The position numbers and the translations under genes were made by a program. From assembly GCA_001179505.1 (NCBI GenBank), contig CDMY01000130.1, positions 120,632-184,631 on the forward strand: a DNA stretch of 64,000 bases, read 5' to 3'. How positions within the stretch are numbered: the first letter of the stretch is position 1; each line of letters opens with the position of its first letter. Below, one piece after another: positions 11,817-24,274 of this stretch. The notes beneath the pieces were generated by a model. That model made no database searches. It saw only the letters and a program-made list of their open reading frames with translations, and was not told where the DNA came from. This DNA comes from Vitrella brassicaformis CCMP3155 (Eukaryota > Protista > Chromerida).

Positions 11817-12116
11817 NNNNNNNNNNNNNNNNNNNNNNNNNNNNNNNNNNNNNNNNNNNNNNNNNNNNNNNNNNNNNNNNNNNNNNNNNNNNNNNNNNNN
11901 NNNNNNNNNNNNNNNNNNNNNNNNNNNNNNNNNNNNNNNNNNNNNNNNNNNNNNNNNNNNNNNNNNNNNNNNNNNNNNNNNNNNNNNNNNNNNNNNNNNN
12001 NNNNNNNNNNNNNNNNNNNNNNNNNNNNNNNNNNNNNNNNNNNNNNNNNNNNNNNNNNNNNNNNNNNNNNNNNNNNNNNNNNNNNNNNNNNNNNNNNNNN
12101 NNNNNNNNNNNNNNNN
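11817..12116. other. Assembly gap (300 N) flanked by poly-G
   Basis: Run of n characters from 11817 to 12116, with a G run immediately upstream and gggg immediately downstream. Confidence 0.99.
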
Positions 12117-13859
12117 GGGGGTCTCGCCTTTGCGGCCTTACCTGTGTGGCTTTGCCTATCGTTGTGGCTGACGTTCTGATGAATGCGTGAGTGCGTGACG
12201 GTATCTCTTCCCTGCTTCTGGCGACCTTATGTGTGTGACTGTCTTTGTCATGTGCCTGTATGTGTGCCTTTTCGTCTGCTCCTGCATGGCCAGCGTCGCC
12301 TGCACTCTAGGGTGCGGCGTACGAAGGAAATGGGAAATTAGGGAGCAGGGCAGAAAGGAGACGTGCTGTATTTTTCTTGTGGCATTTGCCTGCCGATGTT
12401 GAGTGCGTGACCCTCCATCTCCGAAGCAAGACTCCAAGTGAGTCAATCGCAAATTAAGCGTGAGTCTCACCCCGACATATTACACGTCAAACATACACAC
12501 ACACACACACACCACAAGGAACGTTACGCAAATGATAAAACAGGGATGTGCGAAGTACGAAGGACTGTAGTCAGTCAAATCGATCAAATTTAAAGTCACT
12601 CACTCAGCAACCTGTGTCATATGACTGTGCATGTCGTGTGTGTCATATGATTGCAACCTGTGTACCTGTTGCCATTCATTCATCTCTCATCTGCTACTCA
12701 CCGACACACCACCCAATGTCTCTTCTGTCAACGACTGCATATTGTCTAGCCAAATTGGTGTACGTTTTCGATCGAGACCGATCGATTGTCATATTATAAA
12801 GCTATCGACACTGATAAAAGTAAACACTTGCCGACACACTCACAGCCACACAGCGACGTACAACCGTCGAAATGGCATGTACACACATCGACCGATCGAT
12901 CGATCGATCGCCACAGCACTACGGAAGAACTCAAAGACACTTGCCCACACAGTCGTACATGTAACATACAACCCAAACACCGGAAAGATGAATACGAAAA
13001 GTAGCTGCAACAGCAGTGTCTCTCATGTGCACTTCACTTTAGTTCCATCGGCTGCCTCGATCGATAACGTTAACACCGACCCCCCTGTGTTTGTGATGCA
13101 TCAATCTACCGAGAATACAACAGAACAGCCATCACGCGAAGCGGACCGGGCCTGGATCACTCTTGCCTGACCCTTGCTTCCCCTCCCCCCTCGCCAATGC
13201 CGATAGATCAGTGCAGCGACACGTGCACCCAGAAGAGAAGAGGCTTTCCTTTATGCACCCACACAGGGAACCACCCGCCGACCCGCTCACCTCACGAGCG
13301 AGGGCACACACATTTTGCGCCTAGCACTCAGATCACATGGACCGCCCGCCCTCATTTCGCTCATCCGTACACCCCCCACACAGGGAAAGTAGACACAAGT
13401 CAGGTCGACACGGAAAGCCCAGTGCACCAGCGTGCACACGCCACGTGCAACCGCACAGCGCGCCCATCCATCCATCCATCCATCCACCCATCAAAGACGA
13501 CGCGATCAGACACACAGACACGTGACGAGACCGGCAGGTGAGAGACAGACGAAAGTGAAGGCAAAACAAAAAGCAAAGACCGACAGTTTGGGTCGCTTCT
13601 TCTCCACAGAATCAGCACCAGATGGAACATCAATTAGTAGCTACGAGACAAACACCAGAGGCACCAGGGTGTCAGACAAAGAGACAGCCATGAAGGGGCA
13701 CCCATGGCAGATCGTTCCGTGTCGGCCTACCAGGATAATGAATGGTGAGCCTATTCGCTTTTGCCGTCTCGGCCTCCTGTGGAGGTCCCACTGCGAGAAA
13801 CCAACCAACCATCCATTTATTATTTGTCACGCACACAACCCACACACATTCTTCTTTCC

Positions 13860-15050
13860 ACTGTGTGATGTCATCCCTTTGGTTGCCTTACTAGGTTTTG
13901 CACACGGCGCCTTCCGAACTGTCGGGCAGAGCACTCTCGCAGCGGCAATCGATTCCGCCGCCTTTCTTGACGCCCGCGGGACTACAGCAACAGGATTGTC
14001 CCTCCGACTTCTCGATGAGGGTCTCAGAGCCATACTGCACACAACACATTCAACTGTGCTTCCATCGTGTCCTGTCTGATGGTGCGAACCCCCTTATGAT
14101 CGCAGGCCTCGTTCAAGGTGTCACACGCCACCGAGTCGTCGGACACGGTGCTGGCCTCCGCTGTCGCATCTGAAGGCGAGACAAACACACGCACACACAT
14201 ACATACATACATACATGTGCCGCTCTGTGTATTGATGACCGATAGGTACCCTGCTGCGTTGTGTGGCGAGTAAGTGTTCCGGGAAGAGCCACACATCACA
14301 TTACATGACATCACATGCAGGCAATTGAACTAACATAACAGCCTCCGTCTGGTCTTCCCGCACTCACCTTGGCCTTCCGTTTTGCGTGCGTCACGTCGCC
14401 GGCCACTCTCTCCGGGCCGGCCCGCTCGTCGTATGCACTGCAACCAACCATTCATCCAACCACCCACATTCTCTCCATCGTACTGGCTGGCTGGCTGCCT
14501 GCGTGTGATGTCATCCCTTTGGTTGGCTTACTAGTTTTGCACACGGCTCCTTGGAAACTGTCGAGCAAAGCGCTCTTGTCGCAGCAGCAATCGATTTGCG
14601 ATGGGAGATATTGCCGGGGACCCAAAAGCGCACAGCAACAGGGTTGTCCCTTCGCGTTCTTCTTGAGGTCCTCGAAGTCATACTGCACACAAACATTCAG
14701 CTGTGCTTCCATGGGCCCCTGTGTGTGGCGGTACGGACATTCTTATGATTGCAGAAGTCCTTGAAGGTGTCGCACGCCACCGAGTCGTCGGACATTACGA
14801 TGCAGGCCTCCGCTGTCGCATCTGAAGGCGAGGCAAACCTTGCACATACATATACACATACATAAATGGTGTTGATGATAGGTACCCTGCTGCGTTGTGT
14901 GGCGAGGAGTGAGTGTTCCGAGGAGAGCCACACATCACATTACATGACATCACATGCAGACAATTGAACCAACATGACAGCCTCTGTTGTGGTCTTCCCG
15001 GACTCACCTTGGCCTTCCGTTTTGCGTGCGTCACGTCGCCGGCCACTTTC
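13860..15050. repeat. Two-unit tandem repeat, period ~640 bp
   Basis: gatgtcatccctttggtt occurs at ~13868 and ~14508; ctcaccttggccttccgttttgcgtgcgtcacgtcgccggccact occurs at ~14363 and ~15003. Confidence 0.92.
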
Positions 15051-15370
15051 TCCGAGAGCTGCCAGAGCTAGGGCTAGCCTTAGGTGGCGACCCGTCACCT
15101 GCATAACGGAAACAGCAAGCACACGCATAGACGGTGGGTGTGTGACACTCGCGTGGTCCGTGTCAATACGACCATCTGCTGAACGCAAGAAAGTGCTGCG
15201 GTCTTCATCGGCCCGAGCGAGCAAATTCTGGATGTCGGCCAACAGCTCCTGTAGCATCTGCTGGTCACGGGCATCGAGGCCACCACCACCGCACACAGGG
15301 CGGAGGCCGCCAGAGCCGCCAAAGAGGAGCAGGGAGCAACGAAGGGCAGACAGAGCGCGACGCGGGCCAT
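13891..15370 (-). CDS. Putative secreted cysteine-rich prepropeptide gene with two tandem 3' exon cassettes
   Basis: Hydrophobic start MARVALCLPFVAPCSSLAALAASALCAVVVAS (ATG 15370) and exon GESGRRRDARKTEGQ. Spliced cassettes read DATAEACIVMSDDSVACDTFKDFCNHKN|YDFEDLKKNAKGQPCCCALLGPRQYLPSQIDCCCDKSALLDSFQGAVCKT and DATAEASTVSDDSVACDTLNEACDHKG|YGSETLIEKSEGQSCCCSPAGVKKGGGIDCRCESALPDSSEGAVCKT* (TAG at 13891-13893). The 5' exon frame is uncertain. Confidence 0.6.
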
Positions 15371-15533
15371 TCTCAATGCGGGGGGAAGTGGCTGACTAAG
15401 ACAAGCAGGTTGGAGGGCCAGATGTCGTCCCTTAGCGGCTCAGCTCTTCCGCAACACACGACATGCAAGTTTACACGTCGGCTAAGTTACAGTGTACGGA
15501 TTCTGAGGCTCTCCTTTCTTCGCCAGAATCACC

Positions 15534-17236
15534 ATGAATGTGCGGCTGCTGTCATGCTTGCTGTCAGCGTGCTGGGCGCTGGCCGTCTGCCAGCCCCTCC
15601 CAGGGGTTTGGCGGCCCATCGAGGGAGGGATAGACCAAGCCATGAGGTGGATCGCAGCTGCCTTGAGGCTGACTGAGAACGACAGGACCGACAGACCAGG
15701 TGAGCCTGGCGAAGTAGCAGGGGAGCAATGGTGTGTGCTTTGTTTCTTTCCGCGCTTCCATCCTTCCACGAACAGGCACGGCGCCATTCGACGCAGACAA
15801 GCACAAGGATGACGATGCTCGATCTTGTCCAGGTGTCGAGTCAAGGAGGCACTCAAGGCATGATTCGGTATTTGTGCTTTCCTTCAGAGCCGCTCGTACT
15901 CAAAACAACCGACGCCTTAAGAAACGGGACAGAGGACTGGGAATTCCCAGGCTGGAATTATACAGAGATTGTATGGGACAATGACCACTTCAGTGACTTC
16001 CTCGTGGTGGCACTGGACAGTGGAGAGAAGGGCACTGCCAAACTCCATGTCCAGGATCTCTGGATTGATGACGACGCTGTCTTTTGGCATACAAACCAGT
16101 AAGCAGCCTTTTGGGCTGACCATAAGAAATACTCACCGGGCTGATCTGCTGTGCTTCTCTTGCTGCAGCACAAGGGATATGATTTCTACTAGTGTTCCAT
16201 CGGACAAGACGTCTGGGACCTACGAGTCAGTCATTGTGGTGTTGACTGCAAATGTCGAAGGAGGAGACGGGATCCTCGCAGCGGTGCAGGAGCACTCATA
16301 TTTCTTGACTGCTCTTTCTCACGGTCTCTGCGTTCTGTAGGTCGAATCTGTTGAGTGTGAGGATGGGCCGTGTGAATTTAAGCTGCTTGTTTCTGAGCAC
16401 GACGGCGCGTGCATTCTAAGAGCAGTCGATGGGGAGGTATTTGGCGTGAAGGAGACTATCGATCTAGAGACCCTCCCGCTTTTCCCTCCTCCCCCAGCGC
16501 CGCCAGGGGGTCGTGTGCCAAGACTATGCCCAGGCACGCGCAGGAAATATATGGCTGCGTACACCCCCGATGCTTTGTATTTGTGAGTCTTCGTCAGGTA
16601 ATCTTTTGGGACCGTTCAGCGGCTCGTTGGAAGAGGGTGAATCTGTGACTGTTAATGACATTTCCGGTCCCTTTTCTGCTCCCTATTTCATCATTGCTTT
16701 GGATTCACTCGCCGCGGGGGACAGTGACTTGTATGTTTATGACCCCTCTGACCCCACGTAAGAAAAGAAGAGAGTGTGATGGAGTAGACCGAGTTATGCA
16801 TTCATGCAGGATTGAGACAAACAGCACACATGTCAGTGATAACACCACAGATAGATACGAGGATGCTATTGTAGTCGACATCAGTGTCTTCAAGAGAGAT
16901 TTTTCTGTTGATGTAAGCCATCACTTTCTTTAAGCCAGCAAGCTAGTGAATACTACTTGACATGCGCTAATGCAATACCGTGCGTGTGTGTGTGTCTGTG
17001 TTTTTTTCTTTTTTCAGGTGTTCTGCTATACGGGGCCCTGTGAATGGGTGCGCATTAAATGCAATGCAAAAGCGAATACCTTACTGTCTTTTCTCTCGTT
17101 GGTTCTGCAGCAACTCATTGCTTTCCATCATGATGGCAATTGCGTAGCGACGCTGCCTTATGAGGTGACGGTACCTAGAGTCGGTGCACAAATCGACGTT
17201 GACGGAGAGCTCGTCGACATTTTTCCCCCTCCCTGA
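15534..17236 (+). CDS. Secreted protein with two internal beta-rich repeats resembling PPC (pre-peptidase C-terminal)-like modules
   Basis: Signal peptide MNVRLLSCLLSACWALAVC. Repeated pattern VVALDSGEKGTAKLHV..YESVIV..VECEDGPCEF versus IIALDSLAAGDSDLYVYDP..YEDAIVVD..VFCYTGPC. Many short GT-AG exons; stop at 17236. PPC assignment rests only on the GDSDLYV motif. Confidence 0.6.
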
Positions 17237-17343
17237 CGTCAAAGGGATACACTTCTGTCACAGTTTTGTTCCTTTCGCCGCCTGCATGTCTTATATTCTT
17301 GACACAATTAGTTGTCTTGTCACAATCTGCTGGATTTGCTCTC

Positions 17344-20300
17344 TTAATTTCGCTTGCACGCAGGACATGCCTCTAATGTTGCTTTCCTGCGTGCAAGTGA
17401 CGTTTCGCATGACAAGTCCATATCAATACAAATCATGTCAGCCGAGCAAAACTCATCAGTCTTAGAGCACTTGAGGACAAAAAATGCTGACACAAATTTC
17501 CAAGAGAAATACTGATACACATACACACACACACACGCAGCCCTTCAAGTCCAAGACCAATCTCGGTGCCCCCTCTGTCCGCCAGATTGCCAGCTGCTCC
17601 GTTTGAGCTTCCGTCGGTTTCTCAATCTGATGAGCCGCCTCACATGTCGCGTTGCTGCCGCAGCTGCATGAGGAGAAGGAGAAAGAGAAGCAAGAGAAGA
17701 TCTGCCAGTGGACGTGTCGTTGGTTTTTGGCTCGAAAAGTGACGGCCGTGGCGCCCTCTCTGGCAGCTCTGATGTACATCCACATGCACACACAAGATCG
17801 ATGTGCCTTTCGTTTCATGTTTCCTTGTGCGCTCTTGACAATCCCTCCTACTGCAGTCCATCGCCACAGGACAGACAGCCTCCACTTTCCTCTTCACTCC
17901 ATCCGATCTTGTGAAGGAAACACTCAATGGCACAGTGCGAATCAGATAATGCTGAGTCCCCTGCTCAAAATCCACATCGACTATACCAACACCAAGCTTT
18001 GTCCACTTGGACAGCTTAACGATTTCCGCTGCTTCGCTGGTATTACACGCCAAGGCAAACGTGGGTGGACCGGTGAGGTCGCCGATGACATACTCACTGG
18101 CAGCGCTTGATGACACCACAGTTGCGATGGAGTTGATAAGGTCATCATCAAGAGCCATGGGCTCCCCATCTGCCATGAGCTGCAGCCGGTGGGAACGTTG
18201 ACACTGAATCATAACTGAAGCACGCAGAAATACAATGAGGCAGATATACAATGACAGAGACATGACACTTCTGCCTTGATCACCTTCGTTCGTCTCGTTG
18301 CAGAAGTTGCCAAGGCGTCCAAACAATGCAGCGGCGTTGTGGATGAAATTACCGTTTACAGTCCTCGTGTCAATCTGTGAATACAAGCGGAGCCCGAGCT
18401 CATCATCGTGCAACAGTGGAGCACCACCCTCGCGTCCAGGACGGAATCGATACTCCTGTAGACAGGCAAATATATCAAAAATAAAGAGCACGCGCATCAG
18501 AGGCCAATGCCTTGCAATCAGTGCACGACGGCATGCATGATGTACCGCATCAAAAGCAGTGTCAGAAAGATAAACCTCCATCGCAGAGAAGTAAGCCTTG
18601 TACTCGTCCGACGATCCCGGAGCATATACAACATCCGTGGTCGAGATGGTTGTTGAACTATTTCTGTTGAAACACCGCTCAACCGAGGCACCTTCCTTCT
18701 CAGAAAGCCTCAGCAGAGTGTACTGAATCTCCATCAGTCTCACGCTCGAGGTGAGCAGAGCCTCGGGGATGCCAAGCTGAAAGCCCTCTGCGTCGCCCAA
18801 ATCAAAAAGCTGTGTGTTGATTTCATCCCCAAACGACGGCCCGCCCTCTGATGGCGATACAAAGCTGTTCTGGAAGCCGACCGCAACCAGAAAAGCGCCT
18901 GCACCAAGACATGGACAGCAACGAGGCACGCTCAGTCGTTCATTGGCGTCATACTGCAGCCCAATGCTCAGTCACCTTCGACAAAGACAATGCTGCCTGC
19001 AAATATGTTCAACAAAGACAATATGAGCCAATGGAATTACGCATTTCATTCACTTATGTACCTGCACATTGAGGGGGTCCCACTTGGCGGACGGCTCCCT
19101 TGATTACAACGTCTGCCAATGTTGAAGGTTTCCAGAAGCCCTTTGTGAAAGTGTCATTGAGTGCCGCCAAATGATACTCAACCTCCACATGTACGCCAAT
19201 GCCCCTCTCCTGGTCGGGCTCGCAGCTGTAGACCTTCTCATCCACATGGTTCGTGCAGCTGGAGTGATTATAGGCGTTTTCGATGCATCCTTCGCTTGTA
19301 CGGTCCTGGAAAATCGAGAGACATCCAGAAGAGTAACGAAGTGGACCAGGTAGGAAGTCGCCGTCTGTGATGGTCCATAAATCTGTCAGGTTTCGGAATG
19401 TGGCATCAAAAAGCTGATAAGTCCCCGGCTGCACTCCCGTTGAGGGGGCGACGGGCAGCCTTGGCCCCGGACACGCCGCGAAGCACTCAAAGCCAACCTT
19501 GCAGGTCTTGTTGAAGATGATATCGTCGCTGGTCTGGTTGCCGTCGTCTTGCTTCTCGTAAACCAACACCGTCGTATGGATTTCTCTCTGCTCAGTCTGG
19601 ATAGCTTCCACACAGTTGTACTGAGAGAGATTGCTGACGACTCCCTCATCTTGCAGTGACGTAGTAGACCCGTTTCTCTCTTGTATCAGCACATCGACAA
19701 ACACGTTGTCTGAGAGCGTTCCCACCTCAGAATTGACCCCAACAGCAGCGATCGATCCAGCCTCGATGCCGACAGGAATCACATCGGTCTCGCTGAAGCC
19801 AGCTGGGAGGGTCTCCAGCTCAAGGCCTCGGCACTCAACATAAACTGATCACGATCAATGAGAGAATCCTGTCACAATTGGATGCGCCAAGATGGATGGT
19901 TTCTGTCTCACCGCCTGCATCGTGGTGCAGCAAGTAGCCCATTTCTGCCTTGAGGATGAGATCGAGAGAGCTGCCCGTCTCCAAGTTCTCCAACTTGAAA
20001 GTCAGCGGCAGAACCGTCACTTTTTCGGCACACAAGATCTGGACCAAGCTGAGAGTGAGACCAACGGTTGGTCTCGCGTCGAACCAGGCTTTCCACAGGA
20101 AGATCTTCGACTGCTCTCTATCAGGGATAGTGATGTTGAATTCGTCAGCAATCTCATCGGGAACGAACCGCCTCGTCACCGAATAGCGTGCCACAGTGCG
20201 TGCGTTGAAGAGCGGGAAGGCAGGGCTTTGGTCCGGCTTGAAGAGCGGAAACCACAGTGAGGGCGCCTCGACGCCGACCAAAGCACGGGAGGGGTCCACA

Positions 20301-22291
20301 CCAATCGCCGCTTGCTCAGCTACAAGCCGCTCCTCCTCTGCGGGAATGCGATCCTCATCAGCCGCCAGGCGACAGATTCGATTGAACCTCTCGGCAGACT
20401 CTCCAGAGCCGTCCTCGACCTCAAACAGCCTCTGCACACAGCAAACAAAAGTGGAAAGGCGATTCGTTAAGGTGCTTTCTCTCGCTTCTGCTGAGGTACT
20501 TACTTTCAAGACCACATTATCGTCCTGATCGTAGCTGAATCCGGATGCAGTGGCCGCGATGACTCCGCCTGCCGCCACGTCGCCCGACGTGATGGTGAAG
20601 ATGCGCTGCTTGAGCAAAGAAGGGCAGCCGGCGGGCACGGTGGTGGGGAAGGTGAGGAGGCCCAAGGGGGTGTTGGCGGCTGGACTGGTCAGAGCGATGC
20701 CCCGTGTGGTGATGAGCTCCGTCTCCTCTCCTTCGGCAAATAAAGTGATGCGCTGCTCTGCTGTGTAGTTGGCAAAGCGAGCTCGAGCTGATATCGCTTC
20801 ATCGACCAGTCCGGTGCTGCATGCACAGCAGAGACACAGCCAATCATGTCCTTCTTGTTGCGTCTCCTTGTCTGTCAGACTCTGTCTCTCTCGCTCACCC
20901 TGTCAGCTCAATTTGCGCCTCAAGGCCGACGCACTCGGCTTCGCTGGCGTCGACCACCTTCAACACACCTTGAATGACAAGCTGATCGACACACAGAGAA
21001 ATCAACCGTTGCCAGCCCATCAACCACCATCCCGGCATGCCTCCCACTTACCAGTGCCGGCGAGAACTCGTTGCCCTCTCGCACCGAGCAGAGGCCAACG
21101 TCAGGGCAGTCGAACGACAGAGTGGCAGACACGCCCTCCGTGGTGTCGCATGACAGGTCGATGAAGAAGTCCTCATTGGAGTCCTTCACCCTTCCCTGGA
21201 TGCGCATGCAGCTGTCCGTGTCGCCCACATTTTCAATAGAGTCCACCCAGGCCTCCGACTTGATGTCTTTCACTAGATAAGTGCCCGGCACGAGCTGTGA
21301 GAAGTTCTTTGGGTCGTTGTTGTGGTCGCCAATAGCGAGCGATGCAGGGTCGACGCCGCTCGTCTCGGAGATCTCCACGACCTCCAGCGCATCGTAGCAG
21401 TCGAGGTTGGGCGCGAAGGGATTGACTGCGTTGATGCATGGGTCAAGGGAAGGCGGGAAGCACAAAGACGATGGCTGCCCTTGCAAGACGCCGCGGACCA
21501 GCGATGGGGTGCCTGCAGGCTCACGACTGAGCTCACCGAACAGACCTGCACAGCAAAGACACCGTCACACACACTCATTTGGGGCCACTGGGCAGGGCAT
21601 TGGGGCTCTTCTCGCCTGTCTGATTGGCAAAAACAGAAGAATTAAGGCAAAAGCAAAATCGTTGGTCGCTCGATCGTGCGCATAAAGGCTTCTCGGGGGG
21701 GCACTCCGAAAGCGCCGCGGAGCCACTATGGCCATCCACAGCACCGCAGAGGATGCTCTGTCCATTCGAAGAGGCGCTCACGGGAGCACCGAGGGTTCTG
21801 TTCTGTGCAACTTGCAGCCGTCTCGTCAGGTTGGCCTCTGCAAAGGAAAGGGACGGACACACAGAAGGCGACAGATGTGGCAATTGAGATGTGGTGAATG
21901 GCTGAATGAATCGTTGCGTGACTCGCCCACCAGCCACGCACTGCCCGAGAGCCCTCTCTTCGCCTTGGTCGTCTGTGAAGTACAGAAAGGGGTTCGGCTC
22001 ACACGTGGACAGCCGCAGGCCAGAGGGTGGGACGTCTGCAATGACACAGAACAGAGGAGGGAAAAAAATTCGCTGCTTTGTCAGAACTGTTTTACTACTA
22101 TAGTCCCTCGCTCTCTAACCGGGAAGGCAGTCAGCACTTGTGGACGTCACGACGCTGTCTGCTGATCTGTTGTTATTGAACACACATGCGGATACGAACT
22201 GCGCGTCGACGGCCAAGGGAACAGGCGGCCATGCAAGCAAAAATGCGAAGAGGCATCTCGTGACGAAGGTCGGCTGAAAGGGGCTCAGCAT
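17344..22291 (-). CDS. Large uncharacterised secreted, Cys-containing, N-glycosylation-site-rich protein (multi-exon)
   Basis: Signal-like MLSPFQPTFVTRCLFAFLLAWPPVPLAVDA. In-frame spliced exons (..DCLP|DVPPSGLRLSTCEPNPFLYF..) and long acidic coding ORFs at 20920-21486, 19835-20665, 19054-19782 and 17640-18929, all on the minus strand. 3' end approximate; no family recognised. Confidence 0.65.
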
Positions 22292-23199
22292 GACACAGAG
22301 GATGGAGAGGATACTGGTCACATGTGGACTGGAAAGACCACAGGAGAAATGCTCGGTGTGCTTTTCGAGTCAGACGCTCTCTCGTCACGTTAACGGTCCC
22401 CCTCGCCCTTGGCTGCAGCTTCCGAGCTCTTTCGCCTTCTCGTCTTCATCGCACCGCTTTGCCCTGCGCACCGAGCAGCGGCGCAACATCGCCACAAATC
22501 TTTCCGCCGACACGCGGAAAATCGATGATCTCTCGAGGCCCGATGGCGGCAACGTGGCGTGCTCGTTCACGGACGAGGGCCTCATCGGGACGCCCGCCGT
22601 CAACAACAGCATAGCAGGCCCACCCACCGCGGCAGTAGGCCACCATCCAATGCGGTCCGCCAACGATTCTGTGTAAGTGATGCATGTGTTGCTTGTCATG
22701 CGATTGTGCGTATGTCTGTTGCCTTTGTCTGTTGCCTCATGTGTGTGCAGGGAATGACCCACTTCTTGGGGCTGCCGACCTCAGAGCTGACAAGACGCTC
22801 CTGCAGAGATTCGGTGAGGTCACCGCACTTGCTTGCATCATGACTGAAGCTCACGGAGAATGGCTCGTTATGTGCGTGCAGGTGTGTTGGGGTGTGGGAC
22901 TCACTATCCTCTGTCAGCGCTTTGGTGCGCTGAGGGACGGCAGGTACAAGACTCACGTCAGCAAGATGGCCTCTATGGGCGGACGGGAGGCGCGCGCAGC
23001 CATCAAGAAGGTTGACTTCTGCGGCTTCCAGTGCTGATGGGGGCCACCAACAGCGCCTCACTGATGAGGATGAGACCCACAGGGATGGATCCGTCCCTTA
23101 CGCGGGCCAATGGCAATTCGGTCAGTGATGCTGCTCGCCCGATGTGCAAAGGAAGCTTACAGTATCGATCTACCTCTCGTTCTGTCTGTCTGTCTGTCT

Positions 23200-23790
23200 G
23201 TCTGTCTGTCAGGTGTGCTGGCTGAGGAATTGACGAGGTGTTGCCAGAGGTAGTGTTCGAGAGCAGTGTGGACGGGGGGACGACAAGGTGCTGTACGTCA
23301 GCCTGCCCGCCATGCTCTACAAGACCATGCACGCCACACAACACGTGGCACACACGATAGAGGCTCACGAGAGCCGGGCAGATGGCACACGGGCAGCCAC
23401 AAGTGAGATGAGCTGGCAAGGGACGAGTGCGTTGTGATCGATAGAGATGAGAGGGAGGAGCGGGCGGCAGGCAGCAAGAGGGATGGTTGCCGTGTTTATT
23501 TTCCAGTGGCTGGCTGCCAAGGCACAGATTTCTAGATACCTGAAAGCACCCACAGTGCACAAGCTGACGTAGGCTGTGCGTGCGCTTTTTCAGGTGTTCT
23601 GCTATACGGGGCCATGTAAATGGGCGCGTCCCTATTTTTCCGCCTCCCTTTAGTCTGTTTCTTCAGTCATTTGCGTGTGTTACATTCTTGACACATATAG
23701 TTTTACACTGCGTCTCGTCGTGACGCAGCACATGCCTTCGTGTTTCTCTTATCTGCGCGTGCGTGCAAGCGGGGGACGAGCGTTTGACTC
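23200..23790 (+). pseudogene. Degraded paralogue fragment of the PPC-like gene at 15534-17236
   Basis: 27 nt ttttcaggtgttctgctatacggggcc are identical at 17011-17037 and 23587-23613. There is weaker similarity of the downstream non-coding sequence, and a frame-broken upstream exon (EVLPEVVFESSVDG/DDKVLYVSLP). Confidence 0.4.
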
Positions 23791-24274
23791 TGCGTGCTGA
23801 TGGGACTGTATTTGTATGAGTATCACGGACACAGAGACGAGTGTTACGGTTAATGACAGTTCCCCCCCCCCCCAAGCCCAGCGGGGGTGGAAATCGACAG
23901 CAACACACACGAACATTTGTCGATCATTCAATGACCTTCATTCACACGACACACACACGCACACACAACAGACAGAAGAATTTTTTGGCGCCAGTTTTTC
24001 CCCAGCAACGGCTTCTAGCGCTAGAGAAAAATCATGACCCTCAGCCGTTGCCCCTTCGTGTTCCGTTTTCCGGTGAATCATAAATTCTATTCCAATGAGA
24101 CGCATGACTTTCGTAACACCGGCGGTACTGCACGGATCATCCGATTGAGTTTCTTCGGCTCTGGGGGCTTGGCTCGGCTCAGCGGCGAAGCGACTTCCTT
24201 CGGTACGAGGCAGGGACAATCAAAAAGAAAGGAGTAGAGGGCAGACTCGTGCGGTCGAGCAAGAGCGCACCAAC

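Larger units (their letters stand above)
5940..12290. repeat. Tandem segmental duplication (protease gene plus downstream flank)
   Basis: ~5940-7900 aligns with ~9480-11450. Downstream flank ~8035-8180 aligns with ~12140-12290 (tgtgtggctttgcctat...gtggctgacgttctgatg...gagtgcgtgacggtatctcttc). Confidence 0.9.

Noticed and set aside
12300-13850. AT-richer stretch with ATCG, CA and ATCC repeats, considered as a possible transposon or ncRNA
   Set aside because: No terminal inverted repeats, target-site duplication, transposase/RT motifs or stable structure seen.
13860-15050. Repeat considered as a CRISPR-like or LTR structure
   Set aside because: Two ~640-bp units containing spliced coding exons, with no short repeat-spacer periodicity or LTR termini.
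22446-22685. Minus-strand ORF beginning RIVGGPHWMVAY, resembling a trypsin N-terminus
   Set aside because: No AAHC, D or GDSGG motifs follow, and the intron polarity here indicates plus-strand gene debris. Likely chance.
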